In this document: positions 13,836-27,894 of the stretch, piece after piece
Position numbering within the stretch: position 1 is the first letter of the stretch
Layout of the letters: each line of letters starts with the position of its first letter
Origin: Scyliorhinus canicula
Lineage: Eukaryota
Direction of reading: 5' to 3'
Length of the DNA: 64,000 nt
NCBI RefSeq assembly: GCF_902713615.1
Contig: NC_052154.1
Span: 92,077,030 to 92,141,029 of the forward strand
The notes under the pieces: generated by a model
Told to the model about the DNA's origin: nothing
Database searches by the model: none
The model's input: only the letters and a program-made list of their open reading frames with translations
Made by a program: the position numbers and the translations under genes

Positions 13836-13949
13836 GATAGTGGTTCACGGCATTTTGTCTTCTGCAGTTTTGTTGATACAGTAACAGGGTTAGATAACTG
13901 GTTAAATGTCAGGGCGCAGAGGCTAAACAGTCATTGTGCATTTTCTTTC

Positions 13950-14170
13950 CTTTTCTACTTTTCGAGTACCCAATTCATTTTCTTAAATTAAGGGTCAATT
14001 TAGCGTGGCTAATCCACCTACCCTGAAAAACTTTGAGTTGTGTGGGCGAAAGCAACGTAAACAGGGGAGAATGTGCAAACTCCACATGGACAGTGACCCT
14101 GAGCCGGGATCGAACCCGGAACCTCGGCGCCGTCAGGCATCAGTGCTAACCACTGCACCACATGCTGCCC
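13950..14170 (-). mobile_element. V-SINE remnant
   Basis: Reverse complement of the SINE head (ggttcgatccc B box) and V core. Confidence 0.7.
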
Positions 14171-14947
14171 CATTATGCATTTTCAACATTGCAGCCGATG
14201 ACTAATTGGTCAGTGCACGCAATTCAGTTTTTTTACAATCTATATTAACATCATTCTCGGAGAGGCATACATAATTGCATCTAATTTTGTTACAAAAAGC
14301 AGCCAGACATGAATACAACCAAGTCGCAATACAAAGTTACGAGGATTTGGCGGTAACACATTTAAAAACCGATGTGCAATTATATTTGCATATTTAAGGA
14401 CGTACTTGCACCCTTGTAACAGAGAATGTTTACTCGTTTAGCTCTAAAAGTTGAGAGCATGACCTGGAATGAGTGAATTCGGTCTACCTACTCTGGAGTT
14501 TAAAAACATGAATGGTTTGTAGAAAAGGTTAATATTCAGAATTATTTACAACGAATCTGTTGTTGAATTTTGCGTATTAGTCAAATAATCGCACTGATGT
14601 AATCCTGACCCCCATATAAGATCATGCTGAAATCTGGGACACCAACGCACTACATGACTTAGTCATTGTCAGCTCCAGGCTCGCAGTTCATATGTGGTGC
14701 AAGACATATGGCCGTTAAGGCAGTGACGTCAGCTGGTCAAGGGTGGTCAAATTACTAGCAATTGAACTTGATCAGTTGCATTCTCTAAATTAGAAGACAT
14801 TGTGCAACCGATACTACTGTTAAAGCATGCATATTGTGCGTGGAATCGATAAGAGGCCATGAGTTCAATTTCTGTCACAATATGATCCTTGGTGTTGTCA
14901 GTTTTGAATTAAGTATTGTCGTAGCCGTTTAAACTCTATATTTATTT

Positions 14948-15560
14948 TGTTATGGGAGCGGCATTTTCTGAACCCCAAAATATATCATGGAGTTCAACCA
15001 ACCTCCCCCTTTAATGGACTGCTGCTTTTGAACCACACGCCTTGGTCTTCAGATGTGGAAATATAATTATGGACACGAGGGTTTTAAACACAAAACAATG
15101 TTTATTCCATGAATTCAACGTAACCTTTCTAAATAAACATTGGATCACTTACCACCCCTCACTTCAAAGATAAAGCCGAAAATAATATAACACTAAATAA
15201 TCCCTCAAAATGTTCCTTCAAACCTCAAAAAGACGTAACACCTTAAAACAGAGACACATCAGGTTAAAGATATCACTATTATGAGTTTAAATCACACAAA
15301 TGGTTCAGAGATAGTCTTTCCTGGCAGAGATCACCACAGACCCAGCTCACTTCAAACACAGACACACCCAAGCTCTTTTTCTTCATGCAGTTCTTAGCAA
15401 ACCAGCCAGGCACATTCAGCTGCTCTCTCAAACTGAAACTAAAAGCGGAAGTGAGCTCAGCTCCCCCGCCCTGTGACATCACTTCAGTAATATGAGCTGC
15501 TTCATTTCTTAAAGGTACATTGCTTAAACATTCATTTCTTCAAGGTACTCTCACATGACA
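14948..15560 (-). repeat. 3' LTR of the Gmr1-like element
   Basis: Starts tgtcatgtgagagtacc and ends cccataaca on the minus strand. Homologous to 20050-20645, 27895-28260 and 30029-30652. Confidence 0.9.
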
Positions 15561-18500
15561 CCTCCCCCCAAGAAAAACAAATAAACCATCAACTTCAAGA
15601 TGGTTTCATTTTTCACTTTTGCACCATCCACTAAGAAATGTACACAGTAAATATACTTTTTCGTTTCACAAAAAAAAACAACACACGCAAACAGGCATAA
15701 TAATAAAGTCCATCTTTCCCGTTCTTCTTCCTCCAACCGAAATCCATCTCGATTGACAGTCTCGTTGAACAAGAAAGTCAATGCATGATGCATCCATTCC
15801 TCTACGCCTTGACAATTCTCTTTAAAGTTAGATACTTCAGTTCAATCTGATCAGAGTCCCTTGCAATATTCCAATGCAGGAGCATCGGTTATCATAGCTT
15901 TCAGGCAGCTACATGCCTGTTCAAAGTCCGCTGTCCATTGAAAATTTTGACGTTTCTTTAGCAGGTCACGTCCATCAGTGGAGTAATCACGCCACAAAAC
16001 ATTTGCACAACGGTTCGATCAAATCCATTCATGCTAAGAAATCGCATTATTTCCCTTCGTCTTGAGGGTATCGGAAACTCCTCAAGGAAAGTGATTCGTG
16101 CTGCTCCAAATTCACTTTCGGCTAGGTTCATCACCAAACCCGCGTCCTGAAGTCGATCGAAGAACTCCATACGATGTTTTAAATGTTCTTTCCACGACTG
16201 CAAGTTGGAAATAAAAGCAGATTGTCCCACGTTCTCAATACGAATCTTCAAACGTGGGATAGGGTAATAGTCCGTTCTTGTAACTGCATTCACCTTTCGA
16301 TAGTCCACACACAACTGTTGGGTACCGTCTGGTTTAGGCACCATCACTATGGGTGAGCTCCATTGGCTGCAACCCACTTCAATTATGCAATTTTTCAGCA
16401 TACTCTCAATCTCTCTGTTAACCTGTGCCAATTTTAAAGGATTAAGTCTATATGGATGTTGTTTGATAGGAACAGCAGTTCCCACATCTACATCATGTAT
16501 TGCCATTTTAGTACTTCCCAATTTATCTCTACAAACTTGCCCATGTGATATCAATAACTCTTTCAGGTCAGTTCGTTTTTCCTCTGGAAGGTAACTTAAC
16601 AATTCATCCCAATTTTTAAGAACATCCTCATTTTCCAATTTAATTTGATGTACGTCAAATTCACAGTCATCTGGATATGATTCGTCACTTTGAGTTAGAA
16701 TCATTAAAACATCATTCTTCTCTCCTTCCCTTTCAAAGTACCTTTTAAGCATATTCACATGACACACTCAGTGAGTCTTCCTTCTATTTGGTGTTTTTAC
16801 CACATAATTCACCTCACTTAATTTCCTTTGAATCTGATACGGTCCACAAAACCTAGCTTTTTAAAGGCTCACCTACCACTGGTAACAGCACTAAAACCTT
16901 ATCCCCACTGATAAAACTACGAACTTTGGATTTCTTGTCCGCTACCCGTTTCATCACATTTTGTGCAACTTTCAAATGTTGTCCAGCCAATTCACCTGCT
17001 CTATTTAATAGTTCCCTAAAATTTGACACATAATCCAATAGTGTAATTTCCGATTTCTCACCCACCAATGTTTCCTCAATCAATGTAAGTGGTCCTCTTA
17101 CCTCATGACCAAAAATTAGTTCAAAAGGACTAAATTTGGTGGACTCATTAGGTGCATCCCTAATTGCAAACGATACGAATGGAATTACTTTTCCCAATCC
17201 TCTGGATAATCTTGACAATACGCTCTCAACATTGTCTTTAACGTCTGATGCCACCTTTCTAACGCTCCCTGCGATTCTGGATGGTGCGCAGTTGATTTAA
17301 ATTGTTTTATTCCTAAGCTATCCAGAACTTCTTTGAATAACTTTGAAGTAAAATTCGATCCTTGATCAGATTGAATTTCGGTGGGTAGTCCATATCTGGT
17401 ATAGAATTGAAGTAACTCATCCACAATCTGTTTAGCTGTAATATTACGTCCTGGAATGGCCTCTGGAAACCTAGTAGACACATCCATTTAAGTCAAAACA
17501 TATTGATTAGCACTTTTTGTTTTAGAAAGCGGTCCTACACAATCGATTAGGACCCTCGTAGAAGGTTCCTCAAATGCTGAAATGGGTATTCAAGGCGCTG
17601 GTTTTATCAGTGCTTGGGGTTTCCCTATCACTTGACATGTGTGACATGATTGATAAATTTTAACTATATCATTGTGTAGTCCAGACTAATAAAAATGTTT
17701 CTGGATTTTAGCTTGAATTTTCCTTATTTCCAAATGACCTCCCACTGGTACCTCATGTGCAACTCGCAACACCTCCTTTCGATACCGTACCGGCAATACT
17801 GCTTGACGAACGTCTGGCCACTTTTCATCCGCCTGCATATGTACAGGTCTCCATCTTCTCATCAAGACGTCACGTTTACGGTAATAACACTCTAGTATAC
17901 TCTCAGATTCCTCTTCCGTATATGCTTTCTGATATTTCAGTTATATTTCTACATCTTTCTGTTGTAACTCCACCAATTTTGCTGAACTAAAAATATCCGC
18001 CTCATCCTCTAACTGTTCTTCTCCTTTTTCAACCATCTGATCAAAAATCATTTCTGATAATTGTACTTCAACTTCGTCTTCACTCTTTGATTTCTCCTCT
18101 TGTCTTATCCTGTGACTTTGCAGCGTTGTTACTGCACACTCCGGAAAACTCCCAGGATATTCGTCCTTCAACAGTTTCAGTTGTCTGATTTTTCACTGGC
18201 TTATCAACTACAGTAGGCATCACTCCCACCTGCGAACCAACTATATCATTACCCAAGATAAACTGTATTCCTGGACAAGATAGTTTATCTATTACTCCTA
18301 CTACCACTTCACGACTATTCACTGGACTTTCGAACCTTACCATATATAATGAAACGCTACTCCTCTCACCCTGAATTCCACAGATCATCACCTTTTCTGG
18401 CAACATTCTTCCCAAACTACATAATTCCTCATTTCTTACGATTAAAGATTGACTGGCCCCTGTATCTCTTAAAATTGTGACTTCATTCCCTGCTCCTCCT

Positions 18501-20049
18501 GATGCACATGAGTAGACCTTACCCACACAAGTAAATTCTTTAAAGACATCTGGCACCTTCTTAAGAATTACTTCTTGTACAGGCTGTACAATCGTTTGCA
18601 CCTCTTTCGTTTCCCTTGGGCTTTCTTTTACCACTCTAACACATCCCACTGTCTTCTCCTGTTTTACCACATCAGCCTTCCCAGTGCTTTTCTTCAACCA
18701 CTAACACTGTGACTTTACATGGCCTAGTTTATTGCAGTGAAAACATTTGAAACTTTTCATTTCTTTTCCACCCTCCTGGATTTATTTTTTAACCTGAGAT
18801 ACACTCTCTTTATTCTCTGCCATCAGATCACCTTTACCTTTACCACTTGAGTATTTCTCATGTCCCCAGTTTCTATCCCTCACCGGCTGAAACTGATGTC
18901 AGAAACCAATCTTTGGTTTACGAACTAATTCATAATCATCTGCCATTTCTGCTGCTAATCTAGCAGTTTTAACCCTCTGTTGTTCCACATGAGTTCTCAC
19001 TACGTCAGGAATTGAATTTTTATACTCCTCCAAAAGTATAATTTCTCTGAGAGTTTCATACGTTTGGTCAATTCTCAAAGCCCTTATCCACCTATCAAAA
19101 TTACTCTAAGTGTGCCTTTCAAACTCCATGTATGTTTGGCCAAATTCTTTCCTTAAATTTCGAAACCTTTGTCTGTAAGCTTCAGGCACTAGCTCATATG
19201 CACTTGAGATGGATTTCTTCACCTCCTCATACGTTCCAGATACGTCCTCCAGTAGTGATGCAAACACTTCACAAGCTCTACCTAGGAGCATTGTTTGAAT
19301 CAGTAACACCCACATTCCTGTGGCCATTTCATTTAGTTAGCTACCTTCTCAAATGAAATGAAAAAGGCTTCCACTTTCTTCTCGTCAAACTTTGGCAATG
19401 CTTGGACATATTTAAATAGATTCCCACCAAGCCTTCGTCTATGACGCTCTTTCTCACTGTCCTCACCACTATCATCCAACTGTACGTTTCCCTTTGTGTC
19501 TGCCAATTTTAATTGACTTTCATGTTTCATGGTCATTTTCTGAAGTTCAAACTCCCTCTCTTTATCTTTTTCCCTGATCTTTATCTTCCTTTCTTTTTCT
19601 TTTTGTTCTGCTCGGGCTATTCTTCCTTTTCCCCTTTCTTCTCTCTCCTTTTCTTTTTCCTCTCTCTCTCTCTCGTATTCAAGCCGCTTTAATTCTTTCT
19701 CATGTTCCATTTGTTTAATTTGCAACTGAATTTTTGCCATTTCCAATGAGTCAGCCTCTATCTCAGGCAACTTTAAATGCTTAACCACCACCATAATTAC
19801 CTTATCTCTTCGCATTTTGTCAGGTAATGTTAACTACAATTTTCTTGCCAAATCTAACAGTCTCCTTTTCGTCTCTGTCCTAAGGCACTGCGTGTGACAT
19901 TCTCCAGCCCCAAAAACGTCTGAGCCTCTGAAAGAGCCATTGTTCACAACTTTCTCCCCACTTAACCTATAATACCACACCGGAAAAGTAACAATCCTTC
20001 ACTGTCTTTAAGTTCACAAAAGCCAATACAATAGATCGACGTTTATCCC

Positions 20050-20645
20050 CCTCGAACCCAAAAATGTATCATGGAGTTCAACCAACCTCTCCCTTTAATG
20101 GGTTGTTGCTTTTGAAGCACACGGCTTGGTAGCCAGGTGTGGAATTACAATTATGGACACGTGGGTTTTTAAACACATAACAATGTTTATTCCATGAATT
20201 CAACTTAACATTTTTAAATAAACATTGGATCACTTACCACCCCTTACTTCAAAGAGAACCCCGAAAATAATACAACATTAAATAATCCCTCAAAATGTTC
20301 CTTCAAACCTCCAAAAGACTTAACACCTTCAACAGAAACACATCAGGTTAAAGACATTAATATTATGAGTTTAAATCACACAAATGATTCAGTAATAGTC
20401 TTTCTTGGCAGAGATCACAGCAGATCCAGCTCACTGCAAATGCAGGCACACCCAAGCTCTTTTTCGTCATGCAGCTCTCAGCAAACCTGCCAGGCACTTT
20501 TCAGCTGCTCTCTCAAACTGAAACTAAAAGCAGAAGTGAGCTCAGCTCCCCCACCCTCTGACATAACTTCAGCAATATGAGCTGTTAAGTTTTTTAAAGG
20601 TACAATGCTTACATATGCATTTCTTAAAGGTACTCTCACATGACA
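20050..20645 (-). repeat. 5' LTR of the Gmr1-like element (3' end deleted into the PBS)
   Basis: Collinear with the 3' LTR but lacks its terminal ...cccataaca. It runs directly into gggttcgagggggataa. Confidence 0.85.
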
Positions 20646-21359
20646 ATTTTAACTTTCATTATTTGGGAATATGTATTAGTTGAATGTGTTTCGTCATACT
20701 TAGCTTACAGATACTGTGTATACTTTGCGCAATTTCTGTAACTTTTTTGTTTTTTAAAAAAAGTTATTATGTATACTTTTTAATTATATCAATTACTGAC
20801 AAATACAACAAAAGCACACGATAGCAAAGCAGTCCGCTCAACAAAATCACCTTGATGAGCGCCTGTTTAATTAAATTTTAAAGAACATACTTCTACTTAT
20901 AGATCAACTGGACACCAGGATTAATGCATCCGTGTTCTCAGACATGACTAGCCGTGTTACCTAAAAAAAACGATATCCAAACCATGCAAAGGGGAACTTA
21001 AATATCTATGATCCGAATGCACTTACATTCGATATATACTCAATGTAATGTTTAATTATGGCTCGGTTTATAATCACTTCATCAAGTTTCAGTTCATCAG
21101 TCGTTTTTCCAAGTTAACCTACGTTATAAACGTAAAGTAGCTCATTCCAAGTAACTACAGAGAGAGTAATAATAATCAAAATAGCTTGAAAAACAATGAT
21201 GAGATCAAGGAAACAATAAGGAATGCAGAACAGCAAGTTTGCCCTATAGTTAACAAACTGATAAATAATATACCACAAGGGGGCAAGGGAATCTTGATTT
21301 GAAGGTGACAATTTGCTTTGGTTTATTGAATGCTGAGCAGACTACCCAGATATTTTATA

Positions 21360-21555
21360 ACAATAATAATATTTATTGTCACAAGTAGGCTTACATTATA
21401 GGCTTACATTATCATTGCAACGAAGTTACTGTGAAAAGCCCATATTCACCACATTCCAGCGCCTGTTTGGGTACACAGAGGGAGAATTCAGAATGCCCAA
21501 TTTACCTAACAAGCACGTCCTTCGGGACTTATAGGAGGATACCGGAGCATCCGGA
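21360..21555 (-). mobile_element. SINE 3' part (ATT-tail family)
   Basis: Reverse complement of the tail seen at 540-670 and 41700-41845. Confidence 0.75.
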
Positions 21556-23009
21556 CGAAACTCCTTTAATAACGCTTAATCCCTTTATTCTTCAAAAAAA
21601 CTATCTATCTTTATCTTAAAAACATTTAATGAAGGAGTCTCAACTGCGTCACTGGGCAAGGAATTCCATAGATTCACAACCCTTTGGGTGAAGAAGTTCT
21701 TTGTAAACTCAGTCCTAAATCTGATTCCCCTTAATTTGAGGCTATGCCCCCCTAGTTCTGCTTTCACCCGGTAGTGGAAATAACCTGCCCGCATCGATCC
21801 TATCTATTCCCTTCATAATTTTATATATTTCGATAAGATCCCTCCTCCTCGCATCCTTCTAAATTCCAACGAGTACAGTCCCAGTCTACTCAAACTCTCC
21901 TCGTAATCCATCCCCCTCAACTCTGGGATTAATCGAGTGAATCTCCTCTGCACACCCTCCAGCACCAGTGCATCCTTTCTCGGGTAAGGACACCAAAACT
22001 GAACACAATACTCCAGGTGTGGCCTCACTAACACCTTATAAAATTCCAGCATAACCTCCCTAGTCTTAAACTCCATCCCTCTAGGAATGAAGGACAAAAC
22101 TCCATTTGCCTTCTTCATCACGTGTTTCTCCTGTAAACCAACTTTTTGCGACTCATGCACCAGCACACCCAGGTATCTCTGCACAGCAGCATGTTTTAAT
22201 ATTTTATTATTTAAATAATAATCCTTCTTGCTGTTATTCCTACCAAAATGGATAACCTCACATTTGTTAACATTGTATTCCATCTGCCAGACCCTAGTCC
22301 ATTCACTTACCACATCCATTGGCTCCTCGTTATCTACCGCACTGCTAAAACCCTCAAATAATTCCACTATATTAGTAAGGCATGACCTGCCCTTTATGGA
22401 CCCATGCTGCATCTTCCCAATGGAACAAGATCCATCTAGATGCCTCGCAATTTCTTCCTTGATGATAGATTCCAGCATCTTCCCTACTATCGAAGTTAAG
22501 CTAACTGGCCTATAATTACCCACTTTCAGCCTACCTCCATTTATAAACAGTTCTGTCATGTTTGATAATTTCCAATCCGCCGGGACCACCCCAGAGTCCA
22601 GTGATATTTGGTAAATTATCACAAGTGCATTTACAATTTCCCTAGCCATCTCTTTTAGCACTCTGGGATGCATTCCATCAGGGCCAGGAGACTTGTCTAA
22701 CTTTAGCCCCATTAGCTTTCCCATCACTACCTCCTTAGTGATAACAATCATGTCAAGGTCCTCATTTGTCATGGCCTCATTTCCATCGGTCACCGGCATA
22801 TTATTTCTGTTTTCCACTGTGAAGACCGAACCAAAAAACCTGTTCAGTGCCTCAGCCATTTCCTCATCTCCCATTGCTAAATCGCCCTTCTGATCCTCTA
22901 AAGGAGCCAATATTTACATTAGCCACACTTTTTTGTTTTATATATTTGTAGAAACTTTTACTATCTGTTTTTATATTCTGAGAAAGTTTACTCTCAAAGT
23001 CTATCTTTC

Positions 23010-23120
23010 AATTCCCGTACCAGTCTCCACGAACAGGCGCCGGAATGTGGCAACTACGGCTTTTTCACAGTAACGTCATTTGAAGCTTACTTGTGACAAT
23101 AAGTGATTTTCATTTCATAT
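23010..23120 (+). mobile_element. 5'-truncated SINE nested in CR1
   Basis: aacaggcgccggaatgtggc...gtgacaataagtgattttcatttca tail. Confidence 0.75.
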
Positions 23121-24004
23121 CATTACTTTTCATCATAGCTTTTTTAGTCGCTTTCTGTTGCCCCCTAAAGATCTCCCAGTCCTGTAGTCTCCCACTAATT
23201 TTGCCACTTTGTATGCGTTTCCCTACAATTGCTACTCTCCCTTATTTCCTTGGATATCCGCGGTCGATTTTCGTTAGTCTACTATCCTTCCTTTTTGTTG
23301 CTATAAACGTTTGCTGAGCACTGCAAAAAATCGCTTAGAAGATTCTCCACTGTTTCTCAACTGTTTCACCATAAGGTTTTTGCTCCCAGTCTACCTTATC
23401 TTGCTCTTCTCTAATCCAATTGCAATCTCCTTTGTTTAAGCACAAAACACGAGTGTTTGATTTCACCTTCTCACCATCTGTATTTTAAATTCCACCATAT
23501 TGTGATCCCTCCTTCCATGAGGATCCCGAACTATGAGATAATCAATCAATCCTGGCTCATTACACAGGACCAGATCTAGGGCCGTTTGTTCCCACGTAGG
23601 TTCCATTACATACTGTTATAGGAAATTATCACGGATACATTCCACAAACTCCTCCTCAACACTGCCTTGACTGACATGATTAAACCAATCGATATGTGGA
23701 TTAAAATCTCCCATGATAACTGCTGTACCATTGCTACATACATCCGTTATTTCTTTGTCTGCCCCACCATAATGTTACTATTTGGTGGCCTATAGACTAC
23801 TCCCATCAGTGACCTTTTCGCCTTACTATTTCTGATTTTCGCCCAAATCGATTCAACCTTTTCATCCATAGCACCAAATTCGTACCTTAATGTTGCCCGG
23901 CTGCCATCCTTAAATAACAGAGCTACACCACCTCCCTTACCATCCACTCTGTCCTTCCGTATAGCTTGATACCCTGGGATATTTAACCCCCAGACGCAAC
24001 CATC

Positions 24005-25998
24005 ATAGAACATAGAACATTGAACGATACAGCGCAGTACAGGCCCTTCGGCCCTCGATGTTGCACCGACATGGGAAGTCCAAAAACTAAAGGCCATCTA
24101 ACCTACACTATCCCATTATCATCCATATGCTTATCCAATAAACTTTTAAATGCCCTCAATGTTGGCGTGTTCACTACTGTTGCAGGTAGGGCATTCCACG
24201 GCCTCACCACTCTTTGCGTAAAAAACCCACCTCTGACCTCTGCCAATATCTATTACCCCTCAATTTTAGGCTATGTCCCCTCGTGCTAGCCACCTCTATC
24301 AGCGGGAGAAGGTTCTCATGTCCACCCTATCTAACCCTCTGATCATTTTGTATGCCTCTATTAAGTCACCTCTTAACCTTCTTCTCTCTAACGAAAACAA
24401 CCTCAAGTCCATCCGCCTTTCCTCATAAGATTTTCCTCCATACCGGGCAACATCCTAATAAATCTCCTCTGCACCCGCTCCAAAGCTTCTACGTCATTCC
24501 TATAATGAGGCGACCAGAACTGTACGCAATACTCCAAATGCAGCCGTACTAGAGTTTTGTACAACTGGGGCTGGTTTAGGCCTGTAGGGGCTGGTTTAGT
24601 TCACAAGGCTAAATCACTGGCTTTTAAAGCAGACCAAGCAGGCCAGCAGCACGGTTATATTCCCGTAAAAGCCTCCCCGGACAGGCGCCGGAATGTGGCG
24701 ACTAGGGGCTTTTCACAGTAACTTCATTGAAGCCTACTCGTGACAATAAGCGATTTTCATTTCATTTCAACTGCTACATGACCTCATGGCTCCAGAGCTT
24801 AATCCCTCTACCAATAAAGGCCAACACACATTAGGCCTTCTTCACAACCCTATCAACCTGGGTGGCAACTTTCAGGGATCTATGTACATGGACACCGAGA
24901 TCCCTCTGCTCATCCACACTACCAAGAATTTTACCATTAGCCAAATATTCCGCATTCCTGTTATTCTTTCCAAAGTGAATCACCTCACATTTCTCCACAT
25001 TAAACTCCATTTGCCACCTCTCAGCCCAGCTCTGCAGCTTATCTATGTCCCTCTGTAACCTGCAACATCCTTCCGCACTGTCTACAACTCCACTGACTTT
25101 AGTGTTGTCTGCAAATTTACTCACCCATCCTTCTGCGCCCTCCTCTAGGTCGTTTATAAAAATGACAAACAGCAACGGCCCCAGAACAGATCCTTGTGGT
25201 ACGCCACTCATAACTGAACTCCATTCTGAACATTTCCCATCAACCACCACTCTCTGTCTTCTTTCAACTTGCCAATTTCTGATCCACATCTCTGAATCAC
25301 CCTCAATCCCCAGCCTCCGTATTTTCTGCAATAGCCGACCGTGGGGAACCTTATCAAACGCTTTACTGAAATCCATATACACCACATCAACTGCTCTACC
25401 CTCGTCTACCTGTTCAGTCACCTTCTCAAAGAACTCGATAAGGTTTATGAGGCATGGCCTACCCTTCACAAAACCATGCTGACTGTCCCTAATCATATTA
25501 TTCCTATCAAGATGATTATAAATCGTATCTTTCATAATCCTCTCCAAGACTTTACCCACAACAGACGTTAGGCTCACCGGCCTAGAGTTACCGGCGTTAT
25601 CTCTACTCCCCATCTTGAACAAAGGGACCACATTTGCTATCCTCCAGTCCTCTGGCACTAATCCTGTAGCCAATGGTGACATAAAAATCAAAGCCAAAGG
25701 TTCAGCAATCTCTTCCCTGGCTTCCCAGAGAATCCTAGGATAAAACCCATCAGGCCCCGGGGACATATTTATTTTCACCTTGTCCAGAATTGCCAACACT
25801 TCTTCCCTACGCACCGCAATGCCATCTATTCTAATAGCCTGGGTCTCAACATTCTCCTCCACAACATTATCTTTTTCCTGAGTGAATACTGACGAAAAGT
25901 ATTCATTTAGTATCTCGCTTATCTCCTCAGCCTCCACACACAACTTCCACCACTGTCCTTGACTGGCCCTACTCTTACCCTAGTCATTCTTTTATTCC
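24005..25998 (-). mobile_element. 5'-truncated HER1-like CR1 LINE nested in the endonuclease region of the host CR1
   Basis: RT ORF 24831-25943 is very similar to the 60932-63025 ORF. Tail (agaacat)n at 24005-24020. The host reads accatc|ctttaacc across the insertion. Confidence 0.92.
24567..24769 (+). mobile_element. tRNA-derived SINE with (TTTCA)n tail nested in the nested CR1
   Basis: ggggctggtttag head, near-identical to 34872-35057. The host sequence aact is duplicated at both ends. Confidence 0.85.
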
Positions 25999-27894
25999 TT
26001 TAACCATGTTTCAGTAATGGCCACAAAATCATAGTCATTCACGATGATTTGCGCCATCAACTCATTTACCTTATTCCGGATACTACGAGCATTCAGGTGA
26101 ACTACACTTATGTTGGCTGTTATATCTCTGTTTTGAATCTTAACATCTTGATCAGTAACCTCTCCTAATTTATTTTTCCTCTTAACTTTTCTCCTAATTT
26201 TCCCTGTCATTGAACCCATATCTTCATGTAACAACCTGCTGCATCACTTTCCATCTATGTTTTTACTTCCCGTTTTATTCCTTTTCGTATTACTGGGCCT
26301 ATTCATTGAGCTCCCCTCAGTCACTGCACCTTGTACTGTCGTTGTCTTTGATTTTTGGCTATGGCCTCTCTGCCTTACACTTTCCCCCTTACTGCCATTT
26401 GTTTCTGTCCCTGTTTTACTACCATCCGACTTCCTGCATCAGTTCCCACCCCTATGCCACATTAGTTTAAACATTCCCCAACCGCTCTAGCAAATAGCCC
26501 AGGTGTAACCCGTCCAATTTGAACAGGTCCCACCTCCCCCTGTACCGGTCCCAATGCCCCATGAATCTGAAACCCTCGCTGACACCATCCCTTCAGCCAC
26601 GAATTCATCCGATGTATCCTCTCATTTCAACTCTGACTAGCACGTGGCACTGGTAGTAATCCTGAGATCACTACCTTCGTGGTTCGATTTCTTAAATTCC
26701 TTCCTAGCTCCCTGTATTCTGATTTTTGGACCTCATCCCTTTTTTTACCTACATCGTTTGTACTGATGTGTACCACGATCACTGGCTGTTCACCCTCCGC
26801 ATCAAGAATATCCTGTACCCGCTCCGAGACATCCTTGATCTTAGCACCAGGGAGGCATCATACCATCCTGGAGTCTCGTTTGCGGACACAGAAACGCGTG
26901 TCTATTCCCCTTACAATTGAGTTCCCTGTAACTATTGCACTGTCTGACTTATCACCCCACCCCTCTGCAGCAGAACCAACCGTGGTGCCACGAGTTTGGC
27001 TGTTGCTGTTTTCCCCTGAGAGGCCATTCTCCTCAATGGTATCCAAAACGATATATCTGTTCTGTAGGAGAATGGCCACAGGAGATTCCTGCACTAACTG
27101 CCTAGCTTTTTGCTTTGTCTCGTGGTCCCCCATTCCCTTCCTGCCTGCGTCGTCTGAGCCTGTGGTATGACTACCTCTCTATGGCTGCTATCCACAATAC
27201 TCTCCGACTCGTGAATGCTCCACAGTGTCTCCAGCCGCCACTTCAGCTCTGAATCTCGAGCTTCCAGGAGCTGCAACTGGAGACACTTCCTGCACAAATG
27301 CTGACCCTGGGGACTGGAACTGTCTCCAGCCTGCCACATGGGCCAAGAGGAGGAGACCACGCCTTGGAGCTGTTCTGCCATGAATTATTCCTTTAAATTA
27401 AATCTTTGAAATTAAATTTTAAAAAGACGTTTTTGTGTCAGATTAAATCCAATCCCCGTGTACTATTTAATTAGATTTTTTTTAAACTGAGTATTTATCC
27501 CCCTTGATCGGACAACAGATTAAAAATAGTTATGTAATTGAAATTTTAAAAGTTATTGAAATCAAACTTAAAAGATTTATTTAAATCAACCCAAAAAAGT
27601 TATTTAAGCCACGTTAAAGAATTTTAAAATAGGAATTCAAATCAACTTAATAATAGCAATCTAAGTAAAATCAAAACTGGTATTGAAATCAGGAACTCCA
27701 AATATTCAAATTTAGCCCTGTCTGCCTTTCAGCCAATCAGGTCACAGTATCCTGTGACGTCATATTACCGTGTTTTTTTCAATTTTGAAACAAACAAATG
27801 GCTGTCTTCCCCGACAGCGCTCTTTACTAAAGTCACGCCCTCTCTCTCTTCGCGCTCTTTATTGAAGTCCCGCCCGCTCTCTCTCCATGCTCTT

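Larger units (their letters stand above)
14948..20645 (-). mobile_element. Gmr1-like Gypsy LTR retrotransposon (gag-SCAN, PR, IN, then partially deleted RT), TSD ATTT
   Basis: TG...CA LTRs at 14948-15560 and about 20050-20645, with attt at 14944-14947 and 20646-20649. PPT ttggggggagg is next to 15560. On the minus strand: gag/SCAN (AYELVPEAYRQRFR, 19106-19815), CCHC near 18700-18745, PR (ILRDTGASQS), IN (IQSDQGSNF, GALERWHQTLK, 17185-17487), RT start (SPIVMVPKPDGTQQLCVDYRKVN). Confidence 0.93.
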
